The notes: generated by a model not told the origin, from the letters alone. A stretch of 63,730 nt of DNA, filler included, from Octopus bimaculoides (GCF_001194135.2; 4 parts of 4 records of this genome joined end to end with filler, not necessarily neighbours in it); one strand, 5' to 3'; counted from the whole stretch's first letter, positions 14,221 through 29,519 are shown. Numbers and translations: made by a program.

Positions 14221-15309
14221 ATGCTGTTGTTGATTAAACCAGCAGCAATGCCAAGCTCGCTTGGTAAGGAGGGTGGTGTTCATTAAACACACTGCTGGTC
14301 AAAATCATACATACATACATACATACATACATAACTAAGCCCAAAGTCAGAGGGAAGGGAAATGCTTATGACACTTTGCACAGTCTCCAAGACAGGTATA
14401 CGTGAGAGAGGGAAGAAGTTACACTGAAATGTGAGGCCAGGCCACAATACTTACAAGAGAGTGTACAACAATGTTAAAGGCACTCAAGGATCAGGTGGTA
14501 GTGTTATAGTGAGCACTGGATTAGGGTTAGTGACCACCCATGTAAGATTCTAATTGAGACTGGGGCAGGCATGACTACGTGCTAAAGAAGCTTGCTTCCC
14601 AACCACAATCCTACTGTATAGCATCTTGGGAAATTTTTCTACTATGGTCCTAGGTCAAAGAAAGCCTTGTGAAAGCAAGATAATGAATCCCCATGGCCAA
14701 ACATACTTATCATAGATGAGTGGAAGCAAATAACATTAGTTGCATGACAGTGATGCTCATTAACAGCCACCAAATGTTATCAATACAATAATATATATAT
14801 GTATATATGTATATACATATATATATTTATATGTATATGTGTTTGTGTGTGTCTATGTATGTATTTGATGTAATGTACAATAAATCTATATTTTCCTGTG
14901 TCTATAACCTTAATCTTAGCTAGTTTTTTTTAACACACACACACAAACACATACCTATGTACAAGTTATAATAATCTTTGTTGAATGAATTAAAAGAAAG
15001 CTATTCAATAAGTACTCAATACATGTTGTAATATTAAGCTTAACTTTTTTTTATATATCTATATACTAGCTCTTTCTCTGTAACTGAATTAACTGTTTCA
15101 AGTTCCCATTAGAACTTCTGTCAAGCACAAAACACGAATATATGGCTGCTGATGAAAGTTCTAAAAGGAAGTTGAGGTTGTTGGTTCATCCATGTTGTGG
15201 GTAATCAGTTGGAAATAATATACACACATAAAGATAGATAGATAGAAAGAAAGAAAGAAAGAAAGAAAGAGAGATTGATTCATACGAACAGACACAAATA
15301 AAAGTATAG

Positions 15310-15720
15310 CTGTGTAGGTACAGATAAGGCCGTGTAGATGGTAAGTTCACTTCCCAACTACATGGTTTTGGGTTCTGTCCCACTGCATGGCACTTTGAGC
15401 AAGTATCTTCTACTATAGTGACAGGATGACCAAAAGCTTGTGGGTAGATTTTGAAGTTGGAAACTGAAAGAAGCCTGTTGGATATGTGTATAAACGTGTA
15501 GGTGTGTGAATTAGTGTCTCCTGACTTAACATCACATGATTGTTTTAAATGAGTGTCACCAGTATACAAGTGGTGTCTTTTTTCAAAACAACTGTGATAA
15601 AATGTCCAGCCATGAAGAAATATTAGCCAGCTTGGATTAGTGACAAGAAGGTCATCTGGATGTAGAAAATCTGCCTCAACAAATCCTGCCCAACCCCTCC
15701 CTATAAGCACAGAGAAATGG
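15310..15720 (+). mobile_element. Family A SINE, near full length, with LINE-like 3' tail
   Basis: tRNA-like head, internal AGAAGCCTGTTGGATATG core, 3' GACAAGAAGGTCATCTGGATGTAGAAAATCTGCC tail, then (GAT)n. Confidence 0.7.
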
Positions 15721-15820
15721 AAGTTATGATTTTGATGATAATGACGATGACAGACACCTGCAAACAGACATATACTTACATATAGTAAAACTGATAAAAA
15801 GTGAACAGTGAACTTGTCCT

Positions 15821-15940
15821 GGGGAGTGGAAAATTCAACGTTTTTGGACGGAGTCTTTCTGCTGTCTCTCATTAATCTCTCTTCTTTCAACATTTCCCTG
15901 AAGAAGACCTCTGTCCGAAAACTTAATTTTCCACTCCCCC
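15821..15940. repeat. Imperfect ~45-bp inverted repeat
   Basis: GGGGAGTGGAAAATTCAACGTTTTTGGACGGAGTCTTTCTG is the reverse complement of CTGAAGAAGACCTCTGTCCGAAAACTTAATTTTCCACTCCCC with a few mismatches. Confidence 0.75.
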
Positions 15941-16163
15941 CACACTAAGTTCACTCTACTCTTTCGATTGATTTTACAATATAATATAATAAGTCTTGCT
16001 GATGCAAACTAACACCAGCCTCTTCGGAGTCTGTATAACCATCCATCCATACATACATACATACATACATACACACACACACATATATATCCTGTCACAG
16101 TTAATACATTACAGTATTGAATAATTCTTCCCTCTACCTGTGTGTGTATATATATATATACAT

Positions 16164-16202
<39 letters not shown>

Positions 16203-19200
16203 GATGGTTTCATGTATACAAATAATGAAGTTTAAAAATTATATCATTTTCAAAAACAAATACAATTTTCAAACGTTTTGTTCTTTTCTGTTTTTTAACT
16301 TTGCCTTTCNNNNNNNNNNNNNNNNNNNNNNNNNNNNNNNNNNNNNNNNNNNNNNNNNNNNNNNNNNNNNNNNNNNNNNNNNNNNNNNNNNNNNNNNNNN
16401 NNNNNNNNNNNNNNNNNNNNNNNNNNNNNNNNNNNNNNNNNNNNNNNNNNNNNNNNNNNNNNNNNNNNNNNNNNNNNNNNNNNNNNNNNNNNNNNNNNNN
16501 NNNNNNNNNNNNNNNNNNNNNNNNNNNNNNNNNNNNNNNNNNNNNNNNNNNNNNNNNNNNNNNNNNNNNNNNNNNNNNNNNNNNNNNNNNNNNNNNNNNN
16601 NNNNNNNNNNNNNNNNNNNNNNNNNNNNNNNNNNNNNNNNNNNNNNNNNNNNNNNNNNNNNNNNNNNNNNNNNNNNNNAAAAAAAAAACATTAAAAAATT
16701 TCTAACACTTGTGAAATTTGACAAACGCAGAACAAACAATTCAAATACACTCTTCAAAAAGAAGAAAAAAAAAATCAATACATGGAAATCATTCCAAATA
16801 AAGACTGGCTACCACTAACTCTTCCATTAATATATTGAGGCATCATAAATTCACTAAAGATTTATATATACAGACTTAAGAACTTGGTAGCAAGAACACA
16901 ATATTTTTTCATCTTGTTCCAGATTCTTGTGGCTAATAAAGTTTGTTATCATTCTTATCATTGTTTCACATCAATCTGTTCAATGTTGGCTGCCAAGAAG
17001 TTTGGATTTCTCTTCTGTGCTCTTAAATTTCTTATGCTTCAGAGTATTTTGTGTCTCTCTAAGGCCACCGTTTGGGCTTGCATTGGATATTGCTGCCATC
17101 TTTAGGTGGGTGCCTCCACTGAGTGTCTTAACTTATTCAATTGAATTAAGAAGGTGCATGTTTCAGTGGTTAGAGCATTTGACACATGACCCATAAGGTT
17201 GTGAATTTGATTCCTGGACCGGGCTACGTGTTGTGTCCTTGAGCAAGACACTTTATTTCACATTGCTCCAGGTCCACTCAGCCGGCAAAAGTGAGTTGGT
17301 GGGTCTGGGGCTATAGTAGAAGACACTTGTTCAAAGTACTGCAAACTGGGACTGAACTCAAAACCACATGGTTGTAAAGCAAGCTTCTTAACCACACAGC
17401 CATGCCTGTACTTATACATGAAAGTGAATCTTAACTGTTACCTAAAAAGATTGAATTTGCATAATCAATGAGATAAGAACCAGTGATTTCTATTTAATTT
17501 AAGATTTTTTATGCATTTTTTTTTTGCTAATTATTTCTTTTACTGTATTTATTTTTTCTTCCTTGTTTTTGGTTATTTTTATCTAAGTTCAAAATGTGAA
17601 CTGCCATTAAAATAACAAACCCTAAATCTGCATATGCAATGATAATAGAAATCATTTCCCATAATATATATATATATATATAAAGATGAAAACAATAGTT
17701 AAATGTAAAATATAATTATAAATACAAAAGAAAAATAGACCAAAGGCAAGCACAATAAAGTGCTTAACACCAGAGAAAAAGATCTAAGAATTCAATTAAG
17801 CACTGCTAATGAATTTGTTTTACCTGTCACCATCACCTGTGTTACATGCTATATATATTGGTTAATTGCTAATAAAAGTTTAACGTATTTTTTTTTGCTT
17901 TCCTTTAATCAGTTATTTAATAAAAATGGAAAAATATAAGAGATGACAAAAAAACAATGTTTAAAATGCAAAAAGCAAAAGAAAGAAATTAATAAAAAAT
18001 GTATGAAACGATAACAAGAAAAGTCAACCTTTGCTTGTTTTTTTCTGTCATCTTTGAATTTTTTTTAACTTTAAGATTTAAAAGAAAAAAAAATTAATTA
18101 TTACAAGCTACTCAGGTTAATAGCTAAGCTAACTAATGCAGATATAATAACGTAGAAAGTAAATAAAAGAAATTGAAAGTATTCTTAAAAGTGTGCAAAA
18201 AAATAATGAAAGTAAACACAACAAAAATAACCTTCATCCAAATACAAAACAAATAAATGGCACCTGGGTGGAAAAGGGATGCATTTCAAAAGTAAAATAT
18301 GCATTAAACATTCACACTGGTTTCATCAAAACATTCTACATTTGTTGTTATTCTAATTACTACTACTACAACAACAACAACTACTACTACTACTACTGCT
18401 GTTATTATTATTAAGCATTTTTGGAATCCAACAGCAATGCTAAGAAGATCTATGTATAAATAATTACAGAATCTCACTGTATAGTCTGTAATATAATATG
18501 ATGATGATGATGATATAAACGGCATGTTGAAGTAGGAGGGGATATGTAACTATACACATGTTAAAGGCAGCAATCCTTTTAAGAACCAAACATGTAAGGT
18601 TTTTTTTTGTTTTTTTTTTTTACCTTGTACTTAAATAGACAAAGTGAAAGTTAGGAGAAAAACAGAAGCAACAAAAACTTATTCCAACAAAAACTATTTT
18701 GAAAACTAAACTAAAACAACTCACCTTTTTTTTTGTCTACTATCTTAATTGAATCATACATAGTAATTTTCTCTCTGGATAACATGGATTGTTTTACATC
18801 ATCATCATCATTAACTTTTGTAGTGTGAAGATGTCTCTTTGATTTTCCCTTCAAAACACGTTATATTTCAAGTATCCGAATGAAATTTTCTTTTGAGTGC
18901 TTGTAGAAGGAACTAATTGCTTAAGGTGGAGTTGCCCACAATACCAATGACAGACATCAGGAAAAAGGTTTGTTTTTCAAACTTTTAAAATTATATTAAT
19001 GCATATTACATCTTCACATCCAAAACTGGCTACCACACACAATTATGTCACATGATATAGAACCACCATGGGTAAAGAAAATACAAGAGAAAAACAATAC
19101 AAAATACAAGAAAAAAATAAACAGAATTACGAATCAATAGAAGAAATGTCTCAAATACTCAAATAGGTAATATGGAAAACAGTGACAGTCATTCCACCAA

Positions 19201-19572
19201 TAGTAGGAATTCTACCACAATTTCAGACACTATGACCTGTTCATATAGCAGTTGTGTGTAGACAATATCTAAAAAACAGTTCACTGTCACATTTTGTTGC
19301 AGTCAAACACAATTTAAGAAGTGAGTGAACAGGGTTGTGGAGTACCCAAATCAGCCGGAGAATCTTTCATGTCTTATTTTCTTTGTTGTTTTAGTTATTT
19401 GCAAGAGTCATAAATAAAGCATCCAGTACATTCTGCAAAGTGGTTAGTGTTGGAAAGGGCATCCAACCCTAAAAATCAAGCCAAAATTGAAACACTGGAG
19501 CAAGACTGTTGGGCCCTGTAAAAATACCTAAACCATGCCAGCATGGAAAGCAGACATAAAAGTAAGGATGAT

Positions 19573-19605
<33 letters not shown>

Positions 19606-19805
19606 ACCCACCCACATGCACACACGCATGTACAGACTTATATAGGTACAGGTCTGTGTTAAAAAGTCCATTTCAAAGCAATGTATTTTGAGGTTTGTTC
19701 CCAATGTGAGGAACCATGGGTTGGTGTTTTATAATACAGCCTTTGGTGGATCAGTGTGTTGTGAGAAATTGGTAGACTGAAACTCAGCAGAAGCTCATTG
19801 TGCAT

Positions 19806-19845
<40 letters not shown>

Positions 19846-22309
19846 GTATGCATGAATGTTTATATGGGTGTCAGTATTTAAACTGTGTTTCAGTAGTTTG
19901 GCAAACAGGGATCAATAAAATATCTACAAGACTGAAATAGTTTCTAGAAACATTACAACTAACTAAAGCCTTTGAGGTGTTACTCTGCTCCAGCCTGGCC
20001 CCAGTCCAATACATAAGACCAGTGAAAGAATAAATGAATACATGTTAAACAAACCTCACTAAAAAGCAGCACTGAATATGTTATCAATGCCAACATTTGG
20101 TTATTTAATTTCTTTTTATAAGACATGACATTTCCTGGATAATCACAGCCACTTAACTCTTTCAAAAACAACAGCTGCTCACTCAGCTTGTATTAGCCAC
20201 ATCTTATCTCCATGTAATTTACTCTAAACGTATATTAGATTGCAAATAATTCTAACAGTAGTAAACAAGATGTGAAGTATGTGATAGGAGACTGTAGCCA
20301 TGTAGTTGTTGTTATTATGAAGTAGTTTGGTTACACTGAAGAGAAATACAATGGTTTATCAATACTAGCATAATCCTTACTAGACAATTTCCTGGATAGA
20401 TTTATTGATTTTTAAAAAAAAATATATCTCTTTTCTATCATGCATTTTGGGAAGAGCAGCATTGTTGTTGGCTTCCAACAGATTCCATTTACAAATTATT
20501 GTCAGGGAAGGCAAGGGAGAGAACTTTGAAATTCAAACTGAATTCTAGACATATTTTAGTCGTATCAGCCCTCCTCAGTGTACCTTCTGTGGACCGATAA
20601 ATGCATGATTTTGGAAGTCATAGCTTTCTTAAAGAAAATCAGTAGAAACTATTTACTGACTGCATACAACATCAACAGGCTCAAACAAATTATGTAGTAG
20701 CCACATGAAGCAGTGTTGTAAATTAAAAACAAATTTTTATATCAGTTCAAATTGGTGGTGCTTTTTAACACCTGTTGCCTAAAGGGAGAATTTCCTTCAC
20801 AGCAAACTGCAGGAAAATTACCTTTTTACAGGTCAAATACATCCCAAATATTTGAACTGAACTAAAAGTTTGCTTAATAAGTTGTAATGTTACAGCTCAG
20901 ACAGTCTGTAACAGATGTCAAAGGCTATTTGCATGTAATTATGCATGCATCTACTGACAGTAGCTGTTCTATCAACCAACAAGTCTGAAGAATGTCTTGG
21001 GATGAGGATATGAAACTGTGAGCAATAGAATGGCTGAAAGCTGGAAACTATATATAATATTACACATTAATATTAGCTCCATCTAAAGTATCAATATCTC
21101 TTTTTTACTTTGTTCATGCTTTACTGTGTAAGATCACACAACATGCTACTATATACACATACATATATGTATACATACACATGCACACAAATATACATAC
21201 ATATGTAAGTAGGTATGCATAATGTTTTCCTTGTTGATAGGATTCAAATGAAATAGTTTTCAAACTTAGTACTCAATACATAAAATGAAAGCAGAGTTTT
21301 ATATTTTCTATTCGAGAGAGGGGAAGGGAGGAGAGAGTGGAGGGAAGGAGGGCAAGAAGTGAAGAAGAGTGAGGGAGAGAAGGAGAGAGAGAGAGAGAGA
21401 GCGAGCACATTATCACTATTTTGATCATATTTGATCTTGTCAGATGAGACAAGATCAAATATAATTGAAACGGGTATAATGTGATCACTAAAATTATATA
21501 CACACACACACAACTGTGTTTGTGTGTGTGTTTGTGTGTGTGTTTGTGTATGTATGTATGTATGTATGTATGTATAGTTACTTTGATTTACATCCATCTT
21601 CAATATATTAAAGTTATATAAGAAGATGACTTTCTGGGATAACCCAAAGACTTCAACGAGAGATAAATTCTCTTTTGACTACTGTCTCTGTTTTATCTTT
21701 TCTTGCACCCTCTCCTACTTCATTAGCTTTTTGTCATTGAATTTTCCTTTCAACTTGCTATTTTTATTTTTTTCCTATGTCTATACATCTTTAAATAGTT
21801 CACACATATATATATATGCACACAGACACACACATATGTGTACATATCTTGTACACAAACAAATGCAGACATGCATGTGTATATTTTTATTTTTATTTTC
21901 TGGACACTCAGATCTTCTATTTTTATAGGCATTCGTTTGTAATACATCTTACTATGTCAGACTACCTTTCAAACTTCTTTTAAAAAATCCTCCAGTGCCA
22001 CAGAGACATCATTCATATATGTCTTCAGGCTACCATTGTGAAACTAAAACTCCTTGACAACATCAAGAAGAGACATGTATTCTTAACTGATGGGAAGGTA
22101 ACCTGCCTGGGAAGTTGGACACTCTGAAAAAAAGATTTAAAAAGGGGGTTTGTGGAAAGGGAACTAATTATCCTAATCAGATGCAAGAAGACACAGATAT
22201 TGCTATTCTATCAGATCAAACAACCCAATAGATGCTCCTTCATTGGGTCATGTGGTGTGAATGTTTGCAGGAAGTGATGGTTAGTTGATAAGTTAGAGGA
22301 TAATCATGA

Positions 22310-22610
22310 AGGCGCACGAATTAGTGGTTAAAGCATTTGGCTTACGATTGTAAGGTCATGAGTTCAATTCCCAGCAGCACTTTATTTCACATTGCCCCAG
22401 ACCATTCAGCTGGCAAAAATGCATTGTCCTGTAATTCAAAGGATCAGCCTTGTCACGTTCTGTGTGATGCTGAATTTCCCTGAAAACTGCATTAAGGGCA
22501 GGCATGTCTGTGGAGTGCTCAGCCACTTGCACATTAATTTTATGAGCAGGCTGTTCCATTGATTGGATCAACTGGAACCCTCATCTTCATAACTGAAGGA
22601 GTGCCAGTGG
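22310..22610 (+). mobile_element. tRNA-derived SINE, family C (CpG-decayed copy)
   Basis: TTAGTGGTTAAAGCA...GAGTTCAATTCCC head; the 3' half aligns with the 43769-44130 copy. Confidence 0.8.
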
Positions 22611-23310
22611 ATAAATATGTAGAAGAAAAAGAAACTTTCCAAAGATCTTGACATAAAATTTGATAATTAATTTGAAATTATCATGAATTTGTTTCAAAAA
22701 TAAAGTAACTCCATGTAAATAAATGTTATTCTACTCTCAATGGAATCTATATTTTTGAAACTGTTTGTAGACATAATTTTACTGCACAGTACCAAATAAC
22801 ATTTTGGTTTGGAATTGGAATTTAGCTTCAAGGGTCTCAAAAAAATAACATTTTCCCTTAATTTCAATTTTCAGAATGTGTATTAGTAAAAGAAAAAATA
22901 AAATAAGAAAAACTCATATTCTTTTTATAGCTTTTTTTTTTTACAATATACTACATACAGATAGAAATTTATATAGAAAATATTTTGAGATAAATGTGTG
23001 TATGTGTGTGTNNNNNNNNNNNNNNNNNNNNNNNNNNNNNNNNNNNNNNNNNNNNNNNNNNNNNNNNNNNNNNNNNNNNNNNNNNNNNNNNNNNNNNNNN
23101 NNNNNNNNNNNNNNNNNNNNNNNNNNNNNNNNNNNNNNNNNNNNNNNNNNNNNNNNNNNNNNNNNNNNNNNNNNNNNNNNNNNNNNNNNNNNNNNNNNNN
23201 NNNNNNNNNNNNNNNNNNNNNNNNNNNNNNNNNNNNNNNNNNNNNNNNNNNNNNNNNNNNNNNNNNNNNNNNNNNNNNNNNNNNNNNNNNNNNNNNNNNN
23301 NNNATATACA

Positions 23311-23361
<51 letters not shown>

Positions 23362-23365
23362 TATA

Positions 23366-23403
<38 letters not shown>

Positions 23404-23864
23404 AACAGTATAAATGTATAAACCAATGTGTGATAGTGTGATAGGAGATACGTACAAAATGGCTTTAAGGGAAGAAGCACAAGTTATTTTGGGCAAATGA
23501 ATAACATTTAGATAACATAGAGAGAAGAAGAGTATACACATGCTGATGATAGTGCTTTCTTATTTGCTGTTGTTATTTTTTTCAATGGTAGAAATATTAA
23601 AAAAAAAAAAAGTGGGTTAGCATATATAAATTCAGCTCTAATTGAGCTGAGCCACACAGGAAGCAAGAAAGTCTCTCGAAAATAGAAGTGAGACAGAAAA
23701 TAAATCAATTCTAGGATGAGTGATAAAATTTCAGACAACAGTTGAAAAGTGAAAGTAAAATACATGATTAAACATTTATTTATTTTTTTTACATTTAAGT
23801 CCTCACTCTGTTTCTGCTAACCCACCATTAGCCTAATGATGGTGCTTCTACATAGTTTCTACAC

Positions 23865-24302
23865 TGCTAGAAATGGCAATCAGCCAAATTTTATATAGAA
23901 GATGTCAGTTGATTACATCGACCCCGGTGCTTAACTGGTGCTTATTCGATCAATCCTGAAAGGATGAAAGGCAAAGTCAACCTTAGCAGTATTTGAACCC
24001 AAAATGTAAAGAGCTCAAAGAAACGTAACAAAGCATCTTTTCTGGCATGGTAATGATTCTACTAGCTCACCACCGCCTTTAACCCATTAATTATATTTCT
24101 ATTTCAGGCACAGGACCAGAGATTTTATAGGGGAGAAGGCGAGTCAGTTACATGGATCCTAGTCCTCAACTGGTACTTATTTTATTGACCTTGAAAGGAT
24201 GAAGGAAAATTCAACCTCAGCAGAATTTGAACTCAAAACATAAAGAACCAAAAAAAGTTCTGCTAAACATCTTGTCCAACTCATAAACAATTCTGCCGCC
24301 TA
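23865..24302 (-). mobile_element. Two tandem degenerate family B SINEs, ending ~85 bp downstream of the FoxJ2/3 donor
   Basis: Contain GAAAGGATGAAAGGCAAAGTCAAC...ATTTGAAC(T/C)CA motifs shared with the 53.8-58.3 kb copies. Confidence 0.75.
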
Positions 24303-24371
24303 ACACCTTTAACCAATGAAAAATATCAGCAGACAAAATACATTATTTTCAAATATGTAAAGTGAAGTTTA

Positions 24372-24506
<135 letters not shown>

Positions 24507-26204
24507 TCAAAACATAAGATACCTTTATATTTCCTAATTGCAACCTTTTTTAAACCCTTCCCCACCAATAAACATATAATAGATAAATTATATGAAATAA
24601 CATGTAAAAAAGCTATATGAAGTAGCATTAAAATTTCATATAACAGTATATAATTTACAAAAGTAAATGAACAACGAATATAAAAATGAGGAAATGAAGG
24701 CTTATCTCCCCCCCCCCATATTTCACAATGCCCTTCCTAATTCCAACCATTTTACAATGTGTATTGGGTGCTTTTTCCATAACACCAACACTTAAAAAAA
24801 GAGGAATGGAAAAACGAAAAACAAGATAGCAGGTTAAATTTGAGGGTCAACTGAGAAACTAACTGTAGTAGGTTGAGCAATAGATTGCATAGAAATTCCT
24901 GGTGTTACACAAGAAGAACAACAACAACAGGAAAATGAGATGTGCAGTGATAGGTTACTGGAACTTGAAGCAGTACTTTAGAAAGGATCAGAAACATACT
25001 GGTTTGTAGAACCTCACTAAAGAACTAAAACAAACTTTCTGTCAAATTTTGACATTTCTATCAAACATTCTTGTACAAGTGGGCTATTTAACGTGCTTTA
25101 TTTATTTATTTTAGTTCAGATTGTAAACTGCAAGGAAGAGCATCCTTTGTTACAGGTTTCCAATGAGCCTATCACCGGTTCACTGCACTTCTGACAGTGA
25201 GAATGTTAAGAGAGTGTCATTGATATCAAGACAATGATTATATCCTTTACCGATGTATATATCTTGGCAACAAATGTACACATACACATGAGTATTTTAC
25301 ATATATATAAGTGTAGTAAATAAGTATGCATGTGTACGTATATGCATGCACATATATTTGACTATATACATACATATATACATTTGTATCCCTCTCCCTC
25401 TCTCTCTCTACATACACACATATATATGGATGTAAGTTTCTATGTGTATATATATATATATATATATATACGTAAGTACATATATATTTGTCTATACTTT
25501 TATATATATGTATATCTATACATTTGCATGTCTTTATCTATCTATCTAATCTATATAAGTGTATGTGTATATGTATGCATGTGTGTACGTGTGTGTGTAT
25601 GATAGTGCTTGCTCATGTGTGTGTGTGTGTGTGTGTGTGTATCATTGATTTGACATCATGTGATTCTTGTAAACAAGTGTTACCATTTCAGAAGTGGCTC
25701 TATTTGTTTGTAATCTTACATGAAGAAGTGCCTGGCCATGGGGGAAATATTACATTGCTTGGAAACAGGTGAGGGCTGATGCCAGGAAAGACATCTGACC
25801 GTAAAAAAAAAAATCTACCTCAACAAATTCCATCTGACCTGTGCAATTATGGAAAAGTGGGTATTAAACACACACACTCACATTATAACTTACTCTCTAG
25901 AAATGAAGCTCTATTGGAACATGGATAAACAGTACCACAGAATATTACCAGAAAATATACCCACTCTGGGGAAATTCAATACAAAATTCAACATATAGAA
26001 TATTACACAGGCAATAAGCACACATCAAATATAATAACCCAAATATTTTGTGACATCATCAGTATTCTTTTGTTCACTTACAAAGGCAAAGATAACAGAT
26101 GTGACATATAGGCTGCTAATAATTGAATTTGTATGGCACACACAAAAACTGAATATTTTGTTTTTGTATTTTGTTTGCAAAGTTCTTGATGTGAACTCAT
26201 GTGT

Positions 26205-26605
26205 TGAAATATTTTGTTTTATCTTGGGAGGGTCATCAAACCGATAAAGCACATGCACTGGTTCTACTTCACCTTCTTTATTTGTCAACTGGTTAACCAT
26301 TTTACCAGTTAATTAAATGATTGTTTGGTTAATCGTTTGTTCAATCAATCAACCAATTAGTTTGGTCAGTCATTTCACTGCTATCACTAGAGGGCATGTC
26401 ATTGATAAGGCCACAAATGGCAATGAAAGGACTGTGACTAAGCTAACTGATTGAGTGGCTGACCAAAATGATTAACCAAATAACTGATTAGCAAATTGAG
26501 CTAAATGGTTAACCATCTGACAAATAGGAAACTGGTATAAAACCAGCGCATGTGTTTATTCTTAGCATAATGACCCTCCCAAGACGTATCACAAAAATAC
26601 TTCCA
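26205..26605. mobile_element. Degenerate MITE-like foldback with ~170-bp imperfect inverted arms
   Basis: Left arm TCTTGGGAGGGTCAT...CACATGCACTGGTT...TATTTGTCAACTGGTTAACCATTT matches the reverse complement of the right arm (AAATGGTTAACCATCTGACAAATAGG...AACCAGCGCATGTG...ATGACCCTCCCAAGA). No TSD identified. Confidence 0.75.
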
Positions 26606-28656
26606 GAAGTAGCAGTACCCAGGTTTGTTTGCAAGCGAGGATTTTTATCAAAAGTTTCTTCATTACAGAAGTTAAGGGGACACCAGTATCATAGATTCAA
26701 TTTATTAAGTGGTAAGGAGACAACCTGGTAAAACAATTAGCATATTGGTCAAAATGCTTAGTAGTATTTCTTCCAGTTCCTTACATTTCAAGTTCAAATC
26801 CTTCTGGGGTCAACTTTGCTTTTCTTCCCTTGTGAAGGACTGGGGTTGATGTAATCAACTTGTCCCATCCCAGTAAAATTGTTAGCCTTCAACCCTGCAA
26901 TGGACTGTTGTCCTGTTCAGGGGAATGTCATGATCTTTGTCATGTACATGCCAGGCAAATTGAGTAACCAGCTTTATGAGTACTAAGGCTCAAAAAAAAA
27001 AAAAAAAGCTTGAGCAGTACATAATTTTATCAACTCCAAAAGGATGAAAATCAAAGTAAAGAAACAGAGCAAAATAGTCTTTCTGACAATTTAATAATTG
27101 TGCCATCTTAACAGTTAAAACATTTAAAACCTGGTAATAATGAATGGTACATACACACAAAATTTCTCCAGTGATTTCATTGCATAATCAAACAACAAAA
27201 TAACTGCCACTAAATATCATTTTATCAGACAATAAACATGTTTTGAAATGATGAAAAGGGTTACAAATTTAATGCTTCCAAACCAAATATGAAAGAATAG
27301 TGAGAAAAACAGAAAAATCCTGAAGAGAGAAAAACAAAAAAATTAAAATAGAGCCTACTCATAGTTTTGAAAATATATATTTTGAAAAAAAAACTGTTTT
27401 CATGTTCGCAAATAGATTTGTATGAGTGGAGAACATATCCATATGCATTGGTATTTGTATGTTCATGTATACATAAAAATGCTATTTATTGTTATACACA
27501 TATATACATGCTTTTATATATCTATTTATTTAACCATGTAACTTCTATAGGATTATGACTGTTTTGCAACCTTCTTTATGTAGTATGGATTTCAGTAAGC
27601 AAGAAATTATGTGTACAGGTTTGCATAAATATGTATGCTCTGCATTATATAATACAAGTGAATATACTCAAATTAAGGCAAGAAGAGAAGGCTAGCTCAT
27701 TACATCACCAGAAAATCATGGTTACAGAGTTGAACTGTTGATATAATCAAGATATTCCGATGATCTGATGAGCTAGTCTTCTCAATTTGCATTAATTTGT
27801 GTATATACAATTGTATTGTACAATACAGAGCATACATACTAATGCAAACATGTATGCATGATTTCTTCCAAACTGAAATTAATACAACATGAAGAAGGTT
27901 GTGAAACAACTGTAACCCTATGGAACTCACATGATTCAATAAACATATATTCTTCTCTCAAATTCCTGATCTTATATTTTATATACCCCTCGCTGAATAA
28001 CTTTATCACTTGGATTTTTAGTCACATGGATACTTGATATTGTAACTGCTTTGTAATTGATTACCATGTAAAAAACACTCACTCTACTCAGCAGGTTGAT
28101 TGGTGTTAAGAAGGGTATCTAGCTGTAAAAATCATGCCAAAACAGACACAGAAGTGTGGTGCAGTCTTCTGTCTGGCCAGTTCCTGTCAAATCATCTAAG
28201 TCATGCCAGCATGGAAGGCAGATGATGATGATGATGATGATGATGATATATATANNNNNNNNNNNNNNNNNNNNNNNNNNNNNNNNNNNNNNNNNNNNNN
28301 NNNNNNNNNNNNNNNNNNNNNNNNNNNNNNNNNNNNNNNNNNNNNNNNNNNNNNNNNNNNNNNNNNNNNNNNNNNNNNNNNNNNNNNNNNNNNNNNNNNN
28401 NNNNNNNNNNNNNNNNNNNNNNNNNNNNNNNNNNNNNNNNNNNNNNNNNNNNNNNNNNNNNNNNNNNNNNNNNNNNNNNNNNNNNNNNNNNNNNNNNNNN
28501 NNNNNNNNNNNNNNNNNNNNNNNNNNNNNNNNNNNNNNNNNNNNNNNNNNNNNNNNNNNNNNNNNNNNNNNNNNNNNNNNNNNNNNNNNNNNNNNNNNNN
28601 NNNNNNNNNNNNNNNNNNNNNNNNNNNNNNNNNNNNNNNNNNNNNNNNNNNNNNNN

Positions 28657-28687
<31 letters not shown>

Positions 28688-29341
28688 CTATATAGTATAT
28701 ATATCATTTTAGCCTTTAGGAAAAATAAGCTTTTCATAAAATAATCACGTAACTACTATTAAATTTCTTTTTATTTTTCATGCGTGTTTATAAAATTTTT
28801 CCTCCCCTACCAAAAAAATAATTTTATAGTTTCTTCTCATTCAGCCAAGTAATAAAAAAAGAAAACTAAATTTATCAAATGCAATGTATATGATACTTTC
28901 ATCAAATTTAATAAATTTTTTTTATTATTTTGTAACGTTTTATTGTTTTATTTTATGTGTTTGTTGGGAGTTGTAGAATTATTTAGCTTACTTTTAAAAG
29001 TAGTGGCTTGGTGTTGAGACGAAAATGAAATGGAGAGAGAATTTTGTTTTATTTTATTCTCTTCTGAGAAAACAAAAGTAAGAATATTTTTGTGGTGTTT
29101 TTTGTGAAAGGTTGGGTAACAAAGCAAGAGAGGTACATAGATAGAGAGGGAGTGGAAGAGAGAGTAACAGAGAAGTAAACTGAGGAAAAAGGAGAGAATA
29201 AGTGAGAGGAAGAGAGAGTGAAAAAGCAGAGGAGAGTAAACTTAATTTTATAATTCCAACAGAAATATTTACAAACATGAGTGTGTGTATGAGAGGTGGG
29301 GAGTAAGAAAGGGAGGGAAAGGGAGAGAGTGAGTGTGTTGT

Positions 29342-29373
<32 letters not shown>

Positions 29374-29474
29374 CAGAAAACAGATATGATGTCAGCAATT
29401 TGGGGCAAAAAGGGAGAGAGATAGAAAAGTAAATAAGTCAAAGGAGACAAAAAGTGGAGAAGAGCAAATAATGC

Positions 29475-29519
<45 letters not shown>

